DNA from: Parvibaculaceae bacterium
GTDB lineage: Bacteria > Pseudomonadota > Alphaproteobacteria > JAPOUT01
Assembly: GCA_963457525.1 (NCBI GenBank)
Contig: OY734805.1
Span: forward strand, 2,138,900 to 2,202,899
Length of the DNA stretch: 64,000 bases
Direction: 5' to 3'
Every line of letters begins with the position of its first letter. Within the stretch, counting starts at the first letter, position 1. This document shows positions 51,100 to 59,816 of the stretch, one piece after another. The notes beneath the pieces are model-generated. The model did not search any database and had not been told where the DNA came from. It saw only the letters and a list, made by a program, of their open reading frames with translations. The position numbers were made by a program, and so were the translations under genes.

Positions 51100-51384
51100 G
51101 CCGCCGTAGCTCAGTGGTAGAGCGCACCCTTGGTAGTGATTTGCCTCCCCGCTTGGAAACGGGCGGGTGCTAACTGCTCAAATTCGGGGAATCCTACGGG
51201 CATTCGGCCTACGGCAATCCCGAGCCAAGCCTCTTTCGAGGAAGGTGTAGAGACCAGACGGGCGGGACCCCTTCGGGGTCAAGGGATGGTCCGGACCACA
51301 AACGCGAATGGATATTTGCGGCCGTGAAAGCGGTAGCTGGTGTGAAGGGTGAGGTCGAGTGTCCGATTCACTCCGGCGGCACCA
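51100..51384 (+). tRNA. tRNA-Thr (anticodon GGU) interrupted by a group I intron in the anticodon loop
   Basis: Exon 1 is 51100-51134 (GCCGCCGTAGCTCAGTGGTAGAGCGCACCCTTGGT). Exon 2 is 51345-51384 (AAGGGTGAGGTCGAGTGTCCGATTCACTCCGGCGGCACCA). Joined, they give a 75-nt cloverleaf with a perfect 7-bp acceptor stem, anticodon stem CACCC/GGGTG, loop TTGGTAA and discriminator A followed by CCA. Confidence 0.8.
51135..51344 (+). ncRNA. Group I self-splicing intron (subgroup IC3-like), 210 nt, no ORF
   Basis: Exon 1 ends in U and the intron's last base is G. A GCC a few nt into the intron can pair with the exon GGU as P1. Core segments CAAATTCGGGGAATCCTA, CGAGCCAAGC, GAAGGTGTAGAGACCAGACGG and CAAACGCGAATGG closely match what I recall of the Azoarcus tRNA-Ile and Agrobacterium tRNA-Arg bacterial tRNA introns. 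Confidence 0.75.
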
Positions 51385-51528
51385 TCTTTTTTCGGGGAAT
51401 GCTTAATTTCTTGGGGGGAATTTTCAATCCACTTCTTCCCCGCCCGGTTTGAATGATTCCAGCATTCAAAGAGAAACCCCGCCTTGAAGAATCTTAGAGC
51501 AGTCAAGGCAAGGGTTTGTCATTGATGC

Positions 51529-53337
51529 TCATCCACTTCTGTTATCATTAATTCTTCTGGGTCCGAGTGTTGCGAGTCCTGCATTTGCCTGTGGGATTTC
51601 GATAGAATGACTATAGGATACGGGTACACGATCCCTGCGAACAGTGACTTGCAGCCAGACGACAGTTGAGCCTGCTGAAATTGTGATTGGGCAATTGGCA
51701 TTGTTGCAAGTTGTACTCGAGGACGAATCAAATCTGGGTGTTTGCCCCTCCGGAATAACTTGATATCGCGCAAACCAACCGTCTGCAACACCATAAGTCT
51801 CCATGCCACTAGCAATAAAATTCACCATTAAATCCTCAGTTAGAGCCTCGCTCAACTCAATTACAAAATTCAAGGTTCCGGCGACAATAGACGACTGTCC
51901 GCCATACTTGCCAGCATAACCCAGTGAAACAGTTGGTATTGGGTTTTGAAGAGTGAAATCCAGGCTCGATTGGCTTCCAAGTCGCACGAGGCTTGTGCTC
52001 CCTGAATCAACCTCAATGAAAACGGTAAAGGTCTCAGGAGGTTCGAAAGGCGAGTTCATATTGGCTTCGAGGGTCACTTCGACACTAGTATCGTTAGCAT
52101 CAATCGTTACCTGACAAGGGTTGCTTTCGCTTGCCATGTCACAATCAGTTCCGCTAACGCTTAAATTCCAATCAGCAGAAATTCCATAGTCGGCATCCCC
52201 GTCTTCTCCGCCTTCTAAAAAATTGATGGTGACATCATCGGATACCGTCTTGCTTAAAGTGATAGTTAAGGTAGCCGTTTCCCCCTCCGAGATGCTCGTG
52301 CTTTCAGCACTCAGTGAAAGAATCGCCGCTTCTTCTCTCAGCGGTTCCTCCTCCTCTTCTTCTTCTTCCTCCACCTCATTCAGTATCTCACGTTCTTCAT
52401 AGAGAACCCGTTTCTCCCGCTCAACGATTTTATACAAGTTTGAGGACATGGATCCGTCTCCATAGTTTTGCCCTTCGAAATCAGGCAAAGAAAACCGAAA
52501 CGCCAATCCTAAACTCCAACGCTGATTAATTACGAAATCTTCCTGATGCTTCTCCCAATCAGCCTCAACGAAAACGCCCGGAAAAATCCGTAAACCTACA
52601 TCGGCTCCAACTGAGACTCTCCAATCATCTGCAACATCTGCTCCACCTTCATGTCTCCAATAACCAAGACTGGCACCCGCACGAATTGTCTCTTTTTCAA
52701 GTGCGATCCTTGTATCCAATCCCTTCAAGGTCTTTTCTATAAAGTCTTTCCTTCGTCCATCCTTCTCGCTACTCAACGGATGGTAATAATTCAAAGCACC
52801 ATGGAAGATGCCGCTTTGCATGTCCACGCCAATGCCAAGACGCTTATGACCGACCCGATCAAAGTCCCAATCGTAGAAAATGGAAGCTCCCCCGATTGCG
52901 TCAATGCCGATGGGAGTGTTTGCGAGATTGGTGCGATAAACAATGCCGAAATTCCCGTCCGCACGTTCTTCCTCTCCATGCCCCTTCCAGAAGACGATTC
53001 CAGGCTGCGTGAATATCAAGTGTCCGTTTTCGTTGTAGAAAGGAATTACGAGGTCAATTTCACCTTCAAATGCAACATCCGTTGATTCCTCGCCCACCCA
53101 GCTCAGCGATGAATCTATCTGGAACCCTTCATCAAACAATGCAAGACCGCCCCGATACAGAGCATCTTCAATCGCATCCACAATCAGTTGAGAGCCGGTT
53201 TCCCGCAGGCTCAATGTTTGATTTTCGGTTACTGAAAATTGGGGATGAGAATAATTCGTGGTCGCTGTTGCCGATGAACCAAGTGGAAGCATCAAGAGCG
53301 TGGATATTGCAATGATAGCAGAATGGAACAAACGCAC
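51529..53337 (-). CDS. Putative outer-membrane surface protein A: N-terminal beta-barrel-like domain plus C-terminal Calx-beta/Ig-like repeats
   Basis: Signal peptide; about 285 aa of alternating amphipathic beta-strand segments with aromatic girdles (GGASIFYDWDF, RLGIGVDMQSGIFHGALNYYH, WRVSVGADVGLRIF, QRWSLGLAFRFSL); an E9 linker; then two or three beta-sandwich repeats fitting a Calx-beta pattern (ISEGETATLTITLS...DVTINF...DYGIS...CQVTIDANDTSVEVTLE). Confidence 0.6.
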   Translation of the reverse strand: MRLFHSAIIAISTLLMLPLGSSATATTNYSHPQFSVTENQTLSLRETGSQLIVDAIEDALYRGGLALFDEGFQIDSSLSWVGEESTDVAFEGEIDLVIPFYNENGHLIFTQPGIVFWKGHGEEERADGNFGIVYRTNLANTPIGIDAIGGASIFYDWDFDRVGHKRLGIGVDMQSGIFHGALNYYHPLSSEKDGRRKDFIEKTLKGLDTRIALEKETIRAGASLGYWRHEGGADVADDWRVSVGADVGLRIFPGVFVEADWEKHQEDFVINQRWSLGLAFRFSLPDFEGQNYGDGSMSSNLYKIVEREKRVLYEEREILNEVEEEEEEEEEPLREEAAILSLSAESTSISEGETATLTITLSKTVSDDVTINFLEGGEDGDADYGISADWNLSVSGTDCDMASESNPCQVTIDANDTSVEVTLEANMNSPFEPPETFTVFIEVDSGSTSLVRLGSQSSLDFTLQNPIPTVSLGYAGKYGGQSSIVAGTLNFVIELSEALTEDLMVNFIASGMETYGVADGWFARYQVIPEGQTPRFDSSSSTTCNNANCPITISAGSTVVWLQVTVRRDRVPVSYSHSIEIPQANAGLATLGPRRINDNRSG

Positions 53338-53498
53338 TTGAAAATCTCCCTTAATAAGAATTGTTAAACATTTGAAGGGATAGGCGGCAAGAGGACTGTT
53401 TCGTTCCGTTTGGAGGTTATTTCCAATTTATCCCCTCGCCGCCCGTTTGGTGTTAGTTGAGAGTATCTTTGCGATTACTTCCCGTTCCAGTTTGAAGT

Positions 53499-55205
53499 TT
53501 ATTGTAAAGTAATCGTTTGTTCTGATGGACTGCCCTCTACCAAACCTGTTGAACCAGCCGAAGCAATACTAATAGAGACAGTGATGTTACCAGTTCCCGC
53601 GGAGACTCCGATAACTGACACATCAGCTTCGGTTTGACCGGCAGTAATAGTGAATTGGCAATTATTGATATCTGGACAAGTTTGAGCTCCTGCACTAACT
53701 ATCCATTGGGATGAATAAGCCAATGTGCTTGACCCACCAACATTCAGCGTGACGTCTTCACTAAGAGTCCTGCTCAATTGAGCTCTCATTGTTGCAAATC
53801 CACCAACGTCAACACCCCTGCTCTCTTCTATCTCTCCAGTTGAGAGCGTCGTGCTGACATAACTCAGCGAAACAGTTGGCACCTGCGGATCCGCAGAGAT
53901 AGTGAAAGACAAACTTGAATTACCGAGCATCAATTTCGTATTGCCTGCAGAAGCAATCGCCATAGAAAGATTTATATCCTCGACAAGTTCGTTGGGCTCA
54001 CCTTCGACAATGGAAATCGTTACATTGGCACTGGTATCCCCAGCGGCAATCATCACCTGGCAATTATTCTCTGTGACTTCGGTGCAAGCCGTGCCGCCGA
54101 CAGACACGGTATAATCGTTAGAAGAACCATACATTGCAGAACCAGTTCCAACGAGATTCAAAGTGACATCTTCCGTCAACGCTTCGCTCAACTGGATTTG
54201 AAATTCCACCGTATCGCCTTCTGCAACACTTTCACTTCCAGTGTGAACAATCGAAGCAGTCGGTCCCGCAACACGTTCCTCATAAAGAACCCGCTTTTCA
54301 CGGTCTACGATCTTATACAGGTTTGCAGACATTGACCCGTCCCCGTAGCTCGCGCCTTGAAGGTCGGGCAAAGAAAACCGGAACGCCAAACCGGCAAAAA
54401 TACGCTCGTCCAGCACGAGGTCGTCCTTATGCTTTTCCCATCCGGCTTCCACGAAAACTCCGGGCATGACCCGAACCCCGAAATCTATCCCCATCGAGGT
54501 TTGCCATCCGCTCTGGGGGTCCTCCTGTCCGCCGCTCTCTTCCCCGGTGTAATCCCAATAACCGACAGATGCTTCCGCGCGCACTATCTCTTTCTCAATA
54601 GCCAAGCGTAAATCCATTCCATCTACGGCTTCCTCAATGAAACCCTCTCGGCCATCTTCAACTTCGCTAAGCACATGGTAATAGTTCGCTCCCAGTAGCA
54701 AAGAGCCGCTTTGCAAATCAATGCCGCCCCCGGCGCGAGAATGTCCGATCTGGAAATCCTGATCATAGAAAAACGAAACACCGCCAATAAGGTCTCTGGT
54801 CAGTTCGGTGCGATAGACAAGACCAAAGTTACCGTCAATGCGTTCCTCTTTTTCGATCCCGGTCCAAAACACGGCGCCGGGTTGTGCGAATAATACATGC
54901 TTGCCGTAATGCAACAACGGGATTACGGCATCCACCTCGCCTCTGATGCCCTCAACGTCTCCCAAATCGTAACCAATGGACGAGTCGAGTTGGAAACCAC
55001 CGCCAAACACCTCAACGCCTGCCACTCTGAAAGCGTTCTCAATGGCATCAATAACGATTTGGGATCCGGTCTCACGCAAACTTAGCGCGCGGTCTTCAGT
55101 TACTGAAAATTGGGGATGGGAATAATTCGTGGTTGCTGTTGCCGAAGACCCGATGGAAAATATCAAGGCTACGGACATTAAGGTAATCAAAAGACGGACA
55201 TTCAT
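53499..55205 (-). CDS. Putative outer-membrane surface protein B, paralog of A
   Basis: Its first ~310 aa are highly similar to protein A (SSATATTNYSHPQFSVTE...GLAFRFSLPD.QG..YGDGSMS.NLYKIV.REKRVLYEER). The C-terminal Calx-beta-like repeats are diverged. Confidence 0.6.
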   Translation of the reverse strand: MNVRLLITLMSVALIFSIGSSATATTNYSHPQFSVTEDRALSLRETGSQIVIDAIENAFRVAGVEVFGGGFQLDSSIGYDLGDVEGIRGEVDAVIPLLHYGKHVLFAQPGAVFWTGIEKEERIDGNFGLVYRTELTRDLIGGVSFFYDQDFQIGHSRAGGGIDLQSGSLLLGANYYHVLSEVEDGREGFIEEAVDGMDLRLAIEKEIVRAEASVGYWDYTGEESGGQEDPQSGWQTSMGIDFGVRVMPGVFVEAGWEKHKDDLVLDERIFAGLAFRFSLPDLQGASYGDGSMSANLYKIVDREKRVLYEERVAGPTASIVHTGSESVAEGDTVEFQIQLSEALTEDVTLNLVGTGSAMYGSSNDYTVSVGGTACTEVTENNCQVMIAAGDTSANVTISIVEGEPNELVEDINLSMAIASAGNTKLMLGNSSLSFTISADPQVPTVSLSYVSTTLSTGEIEESRGVDVGGFATMRAQLSRTLSEDVTLNVGGSSTLAYSSQWIVSAGAQTCPDINNCQFTITAGQTEADVSVIGVSAGTGNITVSISIASAGSTGLVEGSPSEQTITLQ

Positions 55206-55639
55206 TGATAGACTCCTATGGTTAGAACGAAAGAATTTGCTCCGATACTCTGCCCGAAAGACTACCTGAAATTCGTTGTGGTGTAAAACAAATTTTCGAC
55301 GACTGTCTTTCGACTGTCCTTCAGTTGAATACGGGATAGGATATACAACCTATGAGGATGTCCGAATCGGTTTGAGCGACTGATGGAAATGTTCCAAAAA
55401 CCCCGTATTTCCGGCAAAAATGGGGAATTGAGTAGCTGTTGTCACAAAGCCCCGAATCGGTTGGGATGCCATTAGTTTAGCCCAATACCCTAATAGTTGC
55501 TGGAAATTGTTGTATTTTTGCCGGTGTCTATCGTGTAAGTATCCGGTTTTTCCGAAAAAAGCTTGATTATTGCCTGGTTCCGGACTCTGGTTGCAATGGT
55601 TGTCTGTAAGCCAATCCTGTGTGCAAACCAAACCCAAAG

Positions 55640-55725
55640 AAAGCCCCGGCATCATCCAAAGGATTTTGTCGGGGCTTTTTCGTTGAAGCCCCCAGCCGAA
55701 GAAATGGAAACGGCTGGGGGTCTTA
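55640..55725 (-). terminator. Two tandem stem-loops downstream of the lipoprotein operon; the first looks like a bidirectional intrinsic terminator
   Basis: AAGCCCCG-N21-CGGGGCTT is flanked by T-rich runs on both strands (TTTTTCG on plus, TCTTTGGGTTTGG on minus). It is followed by CCCCCAGCCG-N12-CGGCTGGGGG. Confidence 0.5.
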
Positions 55726-55734
55726 TAGTGTCAG

Positions 55735-56031
55735 TTATTCGGCTACGTATTGTCTTTCCATTTCTTCGGCAACACGTATATCCTTCTCTCCAAGTTCCCT
55801 TTTGATACTTGGAGCATTTTCTCTGATTGCATCCTCATTTACGTCATCATGAGTTTTAACAAAAGCCCAAAAAGAGGCGTTTGTATCATTACTCTTGTCA
55901 TTCATTGGAATGAATCGTTTGTCCAATTCAGATCCAATAAATGTTTTAAATTTTTTTCGGTCATGAATATCATTGTTATCACCATTAGTTAGGGGTTTAT
56001 TCCCCCCTAGCCTGTACTTATCGATCCGCAA
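55735..56031 (-). CDS. Small hypothetical protein, low GC
   Basis: 98-aa ORF starting 4 nt after the lipoprotein stop; no recognisable motif. Confidence 0.4.
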   Translation of the reverse strand: MRIDKYRLGGNKPLTNGDNNDIHDRKKFKTFIGSELDKRFIPMNDKSNDTNASFWAFVKTHDDVNEDAIRENAPSIKRELGEKDIRVAEEMERQYVAE

Positions 56032-56034
56032 TGT

Positions 56035-56970
56035 TTATTGCCTCGTCCCACCAAAAGCACCCGTGACCGTTCTGGTATTAAAGAACCCACCGACTTCGGT
56101 ATGCCCTGTACCATAGAACTGTCCGCTGACTTCCTCGTTATTAGTAGATGATGTAAAACTCCCGTCCGTGACCGCCAAACCTTCAAAAGAGATTGCCGAT
56201 ATGCCTGCTACCGCTTGATTGTTTATTGTCCGCCAGTTCTCAAACATTAAATCGACTGTTGGACTTGCAAGATCGCTGATGGTAATGGTCGCATTACCTC
56301 GTGCGAAAGCCCTGGTAGTTTTTACAGAGGCGACTGCGGCGCCTTCCCATGTTGCTTCGCCCGTTCCGGTGGGATTTGAACCAACAGGAACACCAGTAGA
56401 GTGAGCCATGAATCGATATTCTCGATCGCTGGATTCCCCAATCGTTATCTGTGTAGTTCCAAAAACACTGTCATCAAGCCATCCCGCAAATGTTCTAAAT
56501 TCGAATGGGGTCTCTATGAATTCTGTTGTAAAAATTCCACCTGCGAGAGAAGCACCACCAAATGTTACGCTACCTGATACTCTAGATTCAGGATCAACCA
56601 GGGTTGGGGTATCAGTAGAAAGGAGGAAAAGGTTACGAACCCTCACACGATCAGCCTCAAACGAAAGAGAATTCGAATCGATAAACTCGATAGCACATAT
56701 ATCCCCGCCACAAAGAGTTTCAAAGTTATCACTTGCTCCGTAAACATCGCTAATTATAGATATCGTTCCATTAACACCTGCGATTGCTGAATAATCTGTA
56801 TAGGTTTGAGAATTTTCGGCTGCAACGAAACTAGGAAAGCCGGCAAACGGATCAGATACAGGTGTTAACGGAGTGCTACCACCCCCACCACCTCCACCGC
56901 CTCCGCCTCCGCATGCGAGTAGAAGCGTCATTGCAGGGGCTATTGCAATCAATCTTATCGTGTTCATCAT
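56035..56970 (-). CDS. Surface lipoprotein with a TbpB/fHbp-like C-terminal handle/beta-barrel domain
   Basis: AAGGAG sits 6 nt before ATGATG at 56970. Signal peptide plus lipobox LLLAC, a 13-residue poly-Gly tether, and the C-terminus EVSGQFYGTGHTEVGGFFNTRTVTGAFGGTRQ, which resembles the terminal strands of Neisserial TbpB/fHbp-type 8-stranded barrels. Confidence 0.6.
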   Translation of the reverse strand: MMNTIRLIAIAPAMTLLLACGGGGGGGGGGGSTPLTPVSDPFAGFPSFVAAENSQTYTDYSAIAGVNGTISIISDVYGASDNFETLCGGDICAIEFIDSNSLSFEADRVRVRNLFLLSTDTPTLVDPESRVSGSVTFGGASLAGGIFTTEFIETPFEFRTFAGWLDDSVFGTTQITIGESSDREYRFMAHSTGVPVGSNPTGTGEATWEGAAVASVKTTRAFARGNATITISDLASPTVDLMFENWRTINNQAVAGISAISFEGLAVTDGSFTSSTNNEEVSGQFYGTGHTEVGGFFNTRTVTGAFGGTRQ

Positions 56971-57016
56971 AGTATCTCCTTGTAGGTTTAAGTTACAGAT
57001 AATCGGCATTATATCA

Positions 57017-57244
57017 TCAATGATTTTCCGTGTCATCCTTATCGTTCCCGTCATCCTCTGTCTTTTCAAAAAACACTTCCACCATTTTAGGTTGCCCGTT
57101 TTCATCTTCTACAATCATAAACCGTCTATGTAAATCTTCCTCTGTCGGCTCAGTAGGGAATTTCGTCATTGAGCAGGATTCCGAGGTCTTGAGAATTGCT
57201 TTCGTCAATGTCTCTAAGTTCTTTACGGATGCTTTTCGTTTCAT
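57017..57244 (-). CDS. Small acidic hypothetical protein (doubtful)
   Basis: 75-aa ORF that overlaps the transposase remnant; no RBS checked. Confidence 0.25.
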   Translation of the reverse strand: MKRKASVKNLETLTKAILKTSESCSMTKFPTEPTEEDLHRRFMIVEDENGQPKMVEVFFEKTEDDGNDKDDTENH

Positions 57245-57530
57245 TCCTTAACTCCTTCATCATCAGCGTCTTGCCTACCATAGCACCAAACAACGATTCA
57301 AGACGGTCAATCGTGTCTCGCTTAACATTACCGCTATCCAGACGGAACGCAAACTCATTCATGTAGAACTGGAAGTATTTCATGCTCCACCAAACATAAG
57401 TGCCTTTCCACGCCCTCTTAACAACAGCCCAGTCCGACTCAATGGAGTTCGTATTACCGCCCATTGCTTTCACCCATTCAGCAGGCGAGGATTTGTTTAT
57501 GGACGCACCCTTGTAACCGAGATTCCGCAA
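57150..57530 (-). pseudogene. IS1595-family transposase remnant (C-terminal fragment only)
   Basis: FYMNEFAFRLDSGNVKRDTIDRLESLFGAMVGK matches the conserved C-terminus of IS1595/ISXO2-like transposases (Y.NEFAFR.N.R). The DDE N-terminal two-thirds are absent and no terminal inverted repeats were found. Confidence 0.6.
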
Positions 57531-57771
57531 ACCCTGATAGTAGGAAGCGTCATCCGTGTAGTGGTCGCACCAGGCTCGACATACTTGGCAATGATTTTTT
57601 CACCAAAAGATTTTGTCGGGGCTTGTATTGCCGATTCGATTTAGCGGTGTTTCGGGCCGCGATGCGGGGCAGCGCGAATCACCTCGCGTTTCGGTTTTAG
57701 CGCGAGGCAGCAAACCAAACGGTTTTAGCCCAAGTGTTTTTTGTCGTCTCTGCACGCTACCGGAAAGGAAG

Positions 57772-57849
57772 TGGTCGGAGCGGCGGGATTTGAACCCACG
57801 ACCCCTTGTCCCCCAGACAAGTGCGCTACCGGGCTGCGCTACGCTCCGA
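57772..57849 (-). tRNA. tRNA-Pro (anticodon GGG)
   Basis: The reverse complement CGGAGCGTAGCGCAGCCCGGTAGCGCACTTGTCTGGGGGACAAGGGGTCGTGGGTTCAAATCCCGCCGCTCCGACCA folds as a cloverleaf with anticodon loop CTGGGGG. Confidence 0.8.
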
Positions 57850-57857
57850 CCGTTGAG

Positions 57858-58394
57858 TTACTTTTTTGCCTGCATCGAATTTGCGATTTCATCGAGCTCG
57901 TCCAGGGCATCGAGGACTTTGCGTCGAACATCTTCGCTGATGTTGGCAAGCTGCTCGGGTGAAGGAGCCGGTATTGGAGCTGCTCGCGCGGCTTCTCCAA
58001 GAGATTCCCGAGGGGTTGAATTCGAAACGATGCTGAGATTCTTGTTTGTGCCGGCATTCCCCTTCGAGTCCTCCAGGGCTCTTTTGCCGATATTCACGAC
58101 GAAGTACGTGCCCTGCTGGGCGAAAACCTTTTGCACCCCCTCGATGGTATAGCGGTCGGTATAGAGGAGCTTGTGGATGCCGAAAAGGAGCTCGATGTCC
58201 GAGAGCCGGTAATATCTGCGCCCTCCCCTGCGTTTGAGCGGCCTGAGCTGGGTGAATTTGCTCTCCCAGAACCGCAAAACATGCTGGGGCACCCCTAAAA
58301 GGCCCGAGGCTTCGGAGATCGAGCGGAAGGCTTCCGGCGACTTCAGCGTTGCGTAGGAAACGCCGGAGGTCCTTGGGCGTGGTTTCAGCGCCAT
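57858..58394 (-). CDS. MerR-family transcriptional regulator
   Basis: N-terminal HTH ([22 protein letters not shown]). It lies downstream of ihfA, a position I recall as conserved in related genomes. Confidence 0.7.
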   Translation of the reverse strand: MALKPRPRTSGVSYATLKSPEAFRSISEASGLLGVPQHVLRFWESKFTQLRPLKRRGGRRYYRLSDIELLFGIHKLLYTDRYTIEGVQKVFAQQGTYFVVNIGKRALEDSKGNAGTNKNLSIVSNSTPRESLGEAARAAPIPAPSPEQLANISEDVRRKVLDALDELDEIANSMQAKK

Positions 58395-58400
58395 GACGGA

Positions 58401-58715
58401 TTAGGCTTTGTTGTCGTCGGCATAAATGTCGACGCGGCTCTTGAGGATGTGGGATGGTTTGAAACTGATGACATATCGAGGCGGGATGGTCGTTTCCTTT
58501 CCTGTTTGGGGGTTTCGTCCCAGGCTTTCGTGCCGGTATCGAAGCGCGAAGGATCCGAAGGACGAAAGCTTCACGTTCTCCTTGCGCAACAGCGCCTGAA
58601 TGATTTCTTCGAGTACAGCCTCGACGAGTTCGCTGGATTCGCGGTGTGATAATCCGATTTCCCTGTAGACCGCCTTGCTCAATTTGAGTCGGGTCAAAGT
58701 GTCTTTGTCATTCAT
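58401..58715 (-). CDS. ihfA: Integration host factor subunit alpha
   Basis: 104-aa HU/IHF fold (GFGSFALRYRHESLGRNPQTGKE..IPPRYVISFKPS). Confidence 0.9.
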   Translation of the reverse strand: MNDKDTLTRLKLSKAVYREIGLSHRESSELVEAVLEEIIQALLRKENVKLSSFGSFALRYRHESLGRNPQTGKETTIPPRYVISFKPSHILKSRVDIYADDNKA

Positions 58716-58835
58716 TTACATACGCTCAACATACAGAACTCGATTATGCCGACGGAATCGGCGACTCATTGAAAGTAAAAAATCGATTATGACGGATATA
58801 GTTTTGAATTACAAGGAAAAAATATAAGCCCGTTT

Positions 58836-59816
58836 TTACCACCTGGCAAGCAAAGTTCCCCACGACAGCCCCCCGCCGAGCGCCTCGAGAACAACGAGGT
58901 CCCCGCGTTTGAGTATTCCTTCCCGGTGCGCGTGCCGCATCGCAAGGGGGACCGATGCCGCGGAAGTGTTGCCTTGTTCGGAAACCGTAAGAACGGCTTT
59001 TTCGAAAGGCGCGTTAAGTTTTTCCATCGCGGCTTTAAGAATTCTCTCGTTGGCTTGGTGCAAAATAAAATGATCAATGTCGGTGACCGCGAGTTGGTTT
59101 TCCTGGAGGATCGTCTCGATGCTTTCGACGGTTCGTGCAACGGCCTGGCGAAACACTTCGCGTCCGGCCATTCGAACAAATCCGCTTGTTCCGGTTGTTG
59201 AAGGACCTCCGTCGACATAAAGTTTGTCGTAATGATTGCCGTCGGTGTGGAGTCGCGCGGAAAGTATTCCATGATCTCCAAGACCCCCCTCGCCTTCACG
59301 GGCTTCAAGAACGACGGCGCCGGCTCCGTCGCCGAACAGGACGCACGTGGTCCGGTCTTTCCAGTCCAGGATGCGCGAAAAGGTCTCCGCTCCGATAACG
59401 AGGGCGTGGCGGGCCCGATGGGTCCGCAGAAAGGCGTCGGCGGTGGTCAATCCGAAGATAAATCCGGCGCAAACCGCCTGAATATCAAAGGCGGCGCTGC
59501 GGAAGGCTCCGAGCCGCTTTTGCACGAGGGAGGCGGTTGCGGGGAAGGTGTTATCGGGCGTCGTGGTCGCAAGAATGATGAGGTCGATTTGCTCCGCGGA
59601 GATTCCGCTGTCTTCGAGGGCTTCGCTTGCGGCTTTGACCGCAAGGTCGGATGTGAACTCTCCTTCCGCCGCAAAATGCCGCGCGCGGATGCCCGTGCGC
59701 TCCCGAATCCATTCATCGCTTGTGTCGACCCACTCGGCGAGGTCGTTATTGGTGACAACCCGTTCGGGAAGGTATCCTCCGACTCCGAGGAAGGTGCTGC
59801 GGGTGATGGTGCTCAT
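58836..59816 (-). CDS. fabH: 3-oxoacyl-ACP synthase III
   Basis: Active-site Cys in AFDIQAVCAGF, with His and Asn further downstream; 326 aa. Confidence 0.9.
   Translation of the reverse strand: MSTITRSTFLGVGGYLPERVVTNNDLAEWVDTSDEWIRERTGIRARHFAAEGEFTSDLAVKAASEALEDSGISAEQIDLIILATTTPDNTFPATASLVQKRLGAFRSAAFDIQAVCAGFIFGLTTADAFLRTHRARHALVIGAETFSRILDWKDRTTCVLFGDGAGAVVLEAREGEGGLGDHGILSARLHTDGNHYDKLYVDGGPSTTGTSGFVRMAGREVFRQAVARTVESIETILQENQLAVTDIDHFILHQANERILKAAMEKLNAPFEKAVLTVSEQGNTSAASVPLAMRHAHREGILKRGDLVVLEALGGGLSWGTLLARW

Noticed and set aside
51130-51327. 65-aa ORF inside the tRNA-Thr intron
   Set aside because: It lies wholly within the structured intron core, has no RBS, and is far too short for a LAGLIDADG, GIY-YIG or HNH homing endonuclease. 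It is treated as a chance ORF, so the intron is ORF-less.
56880-56920. Run of ggHggHgg triplets (poly-G/C-rich)
   Set aside because: It encodes the 13-residue poly-glycine tether after the lipobox Cys of the TbpB-like lipoprotein; it is coding, not a regulatory repeat.
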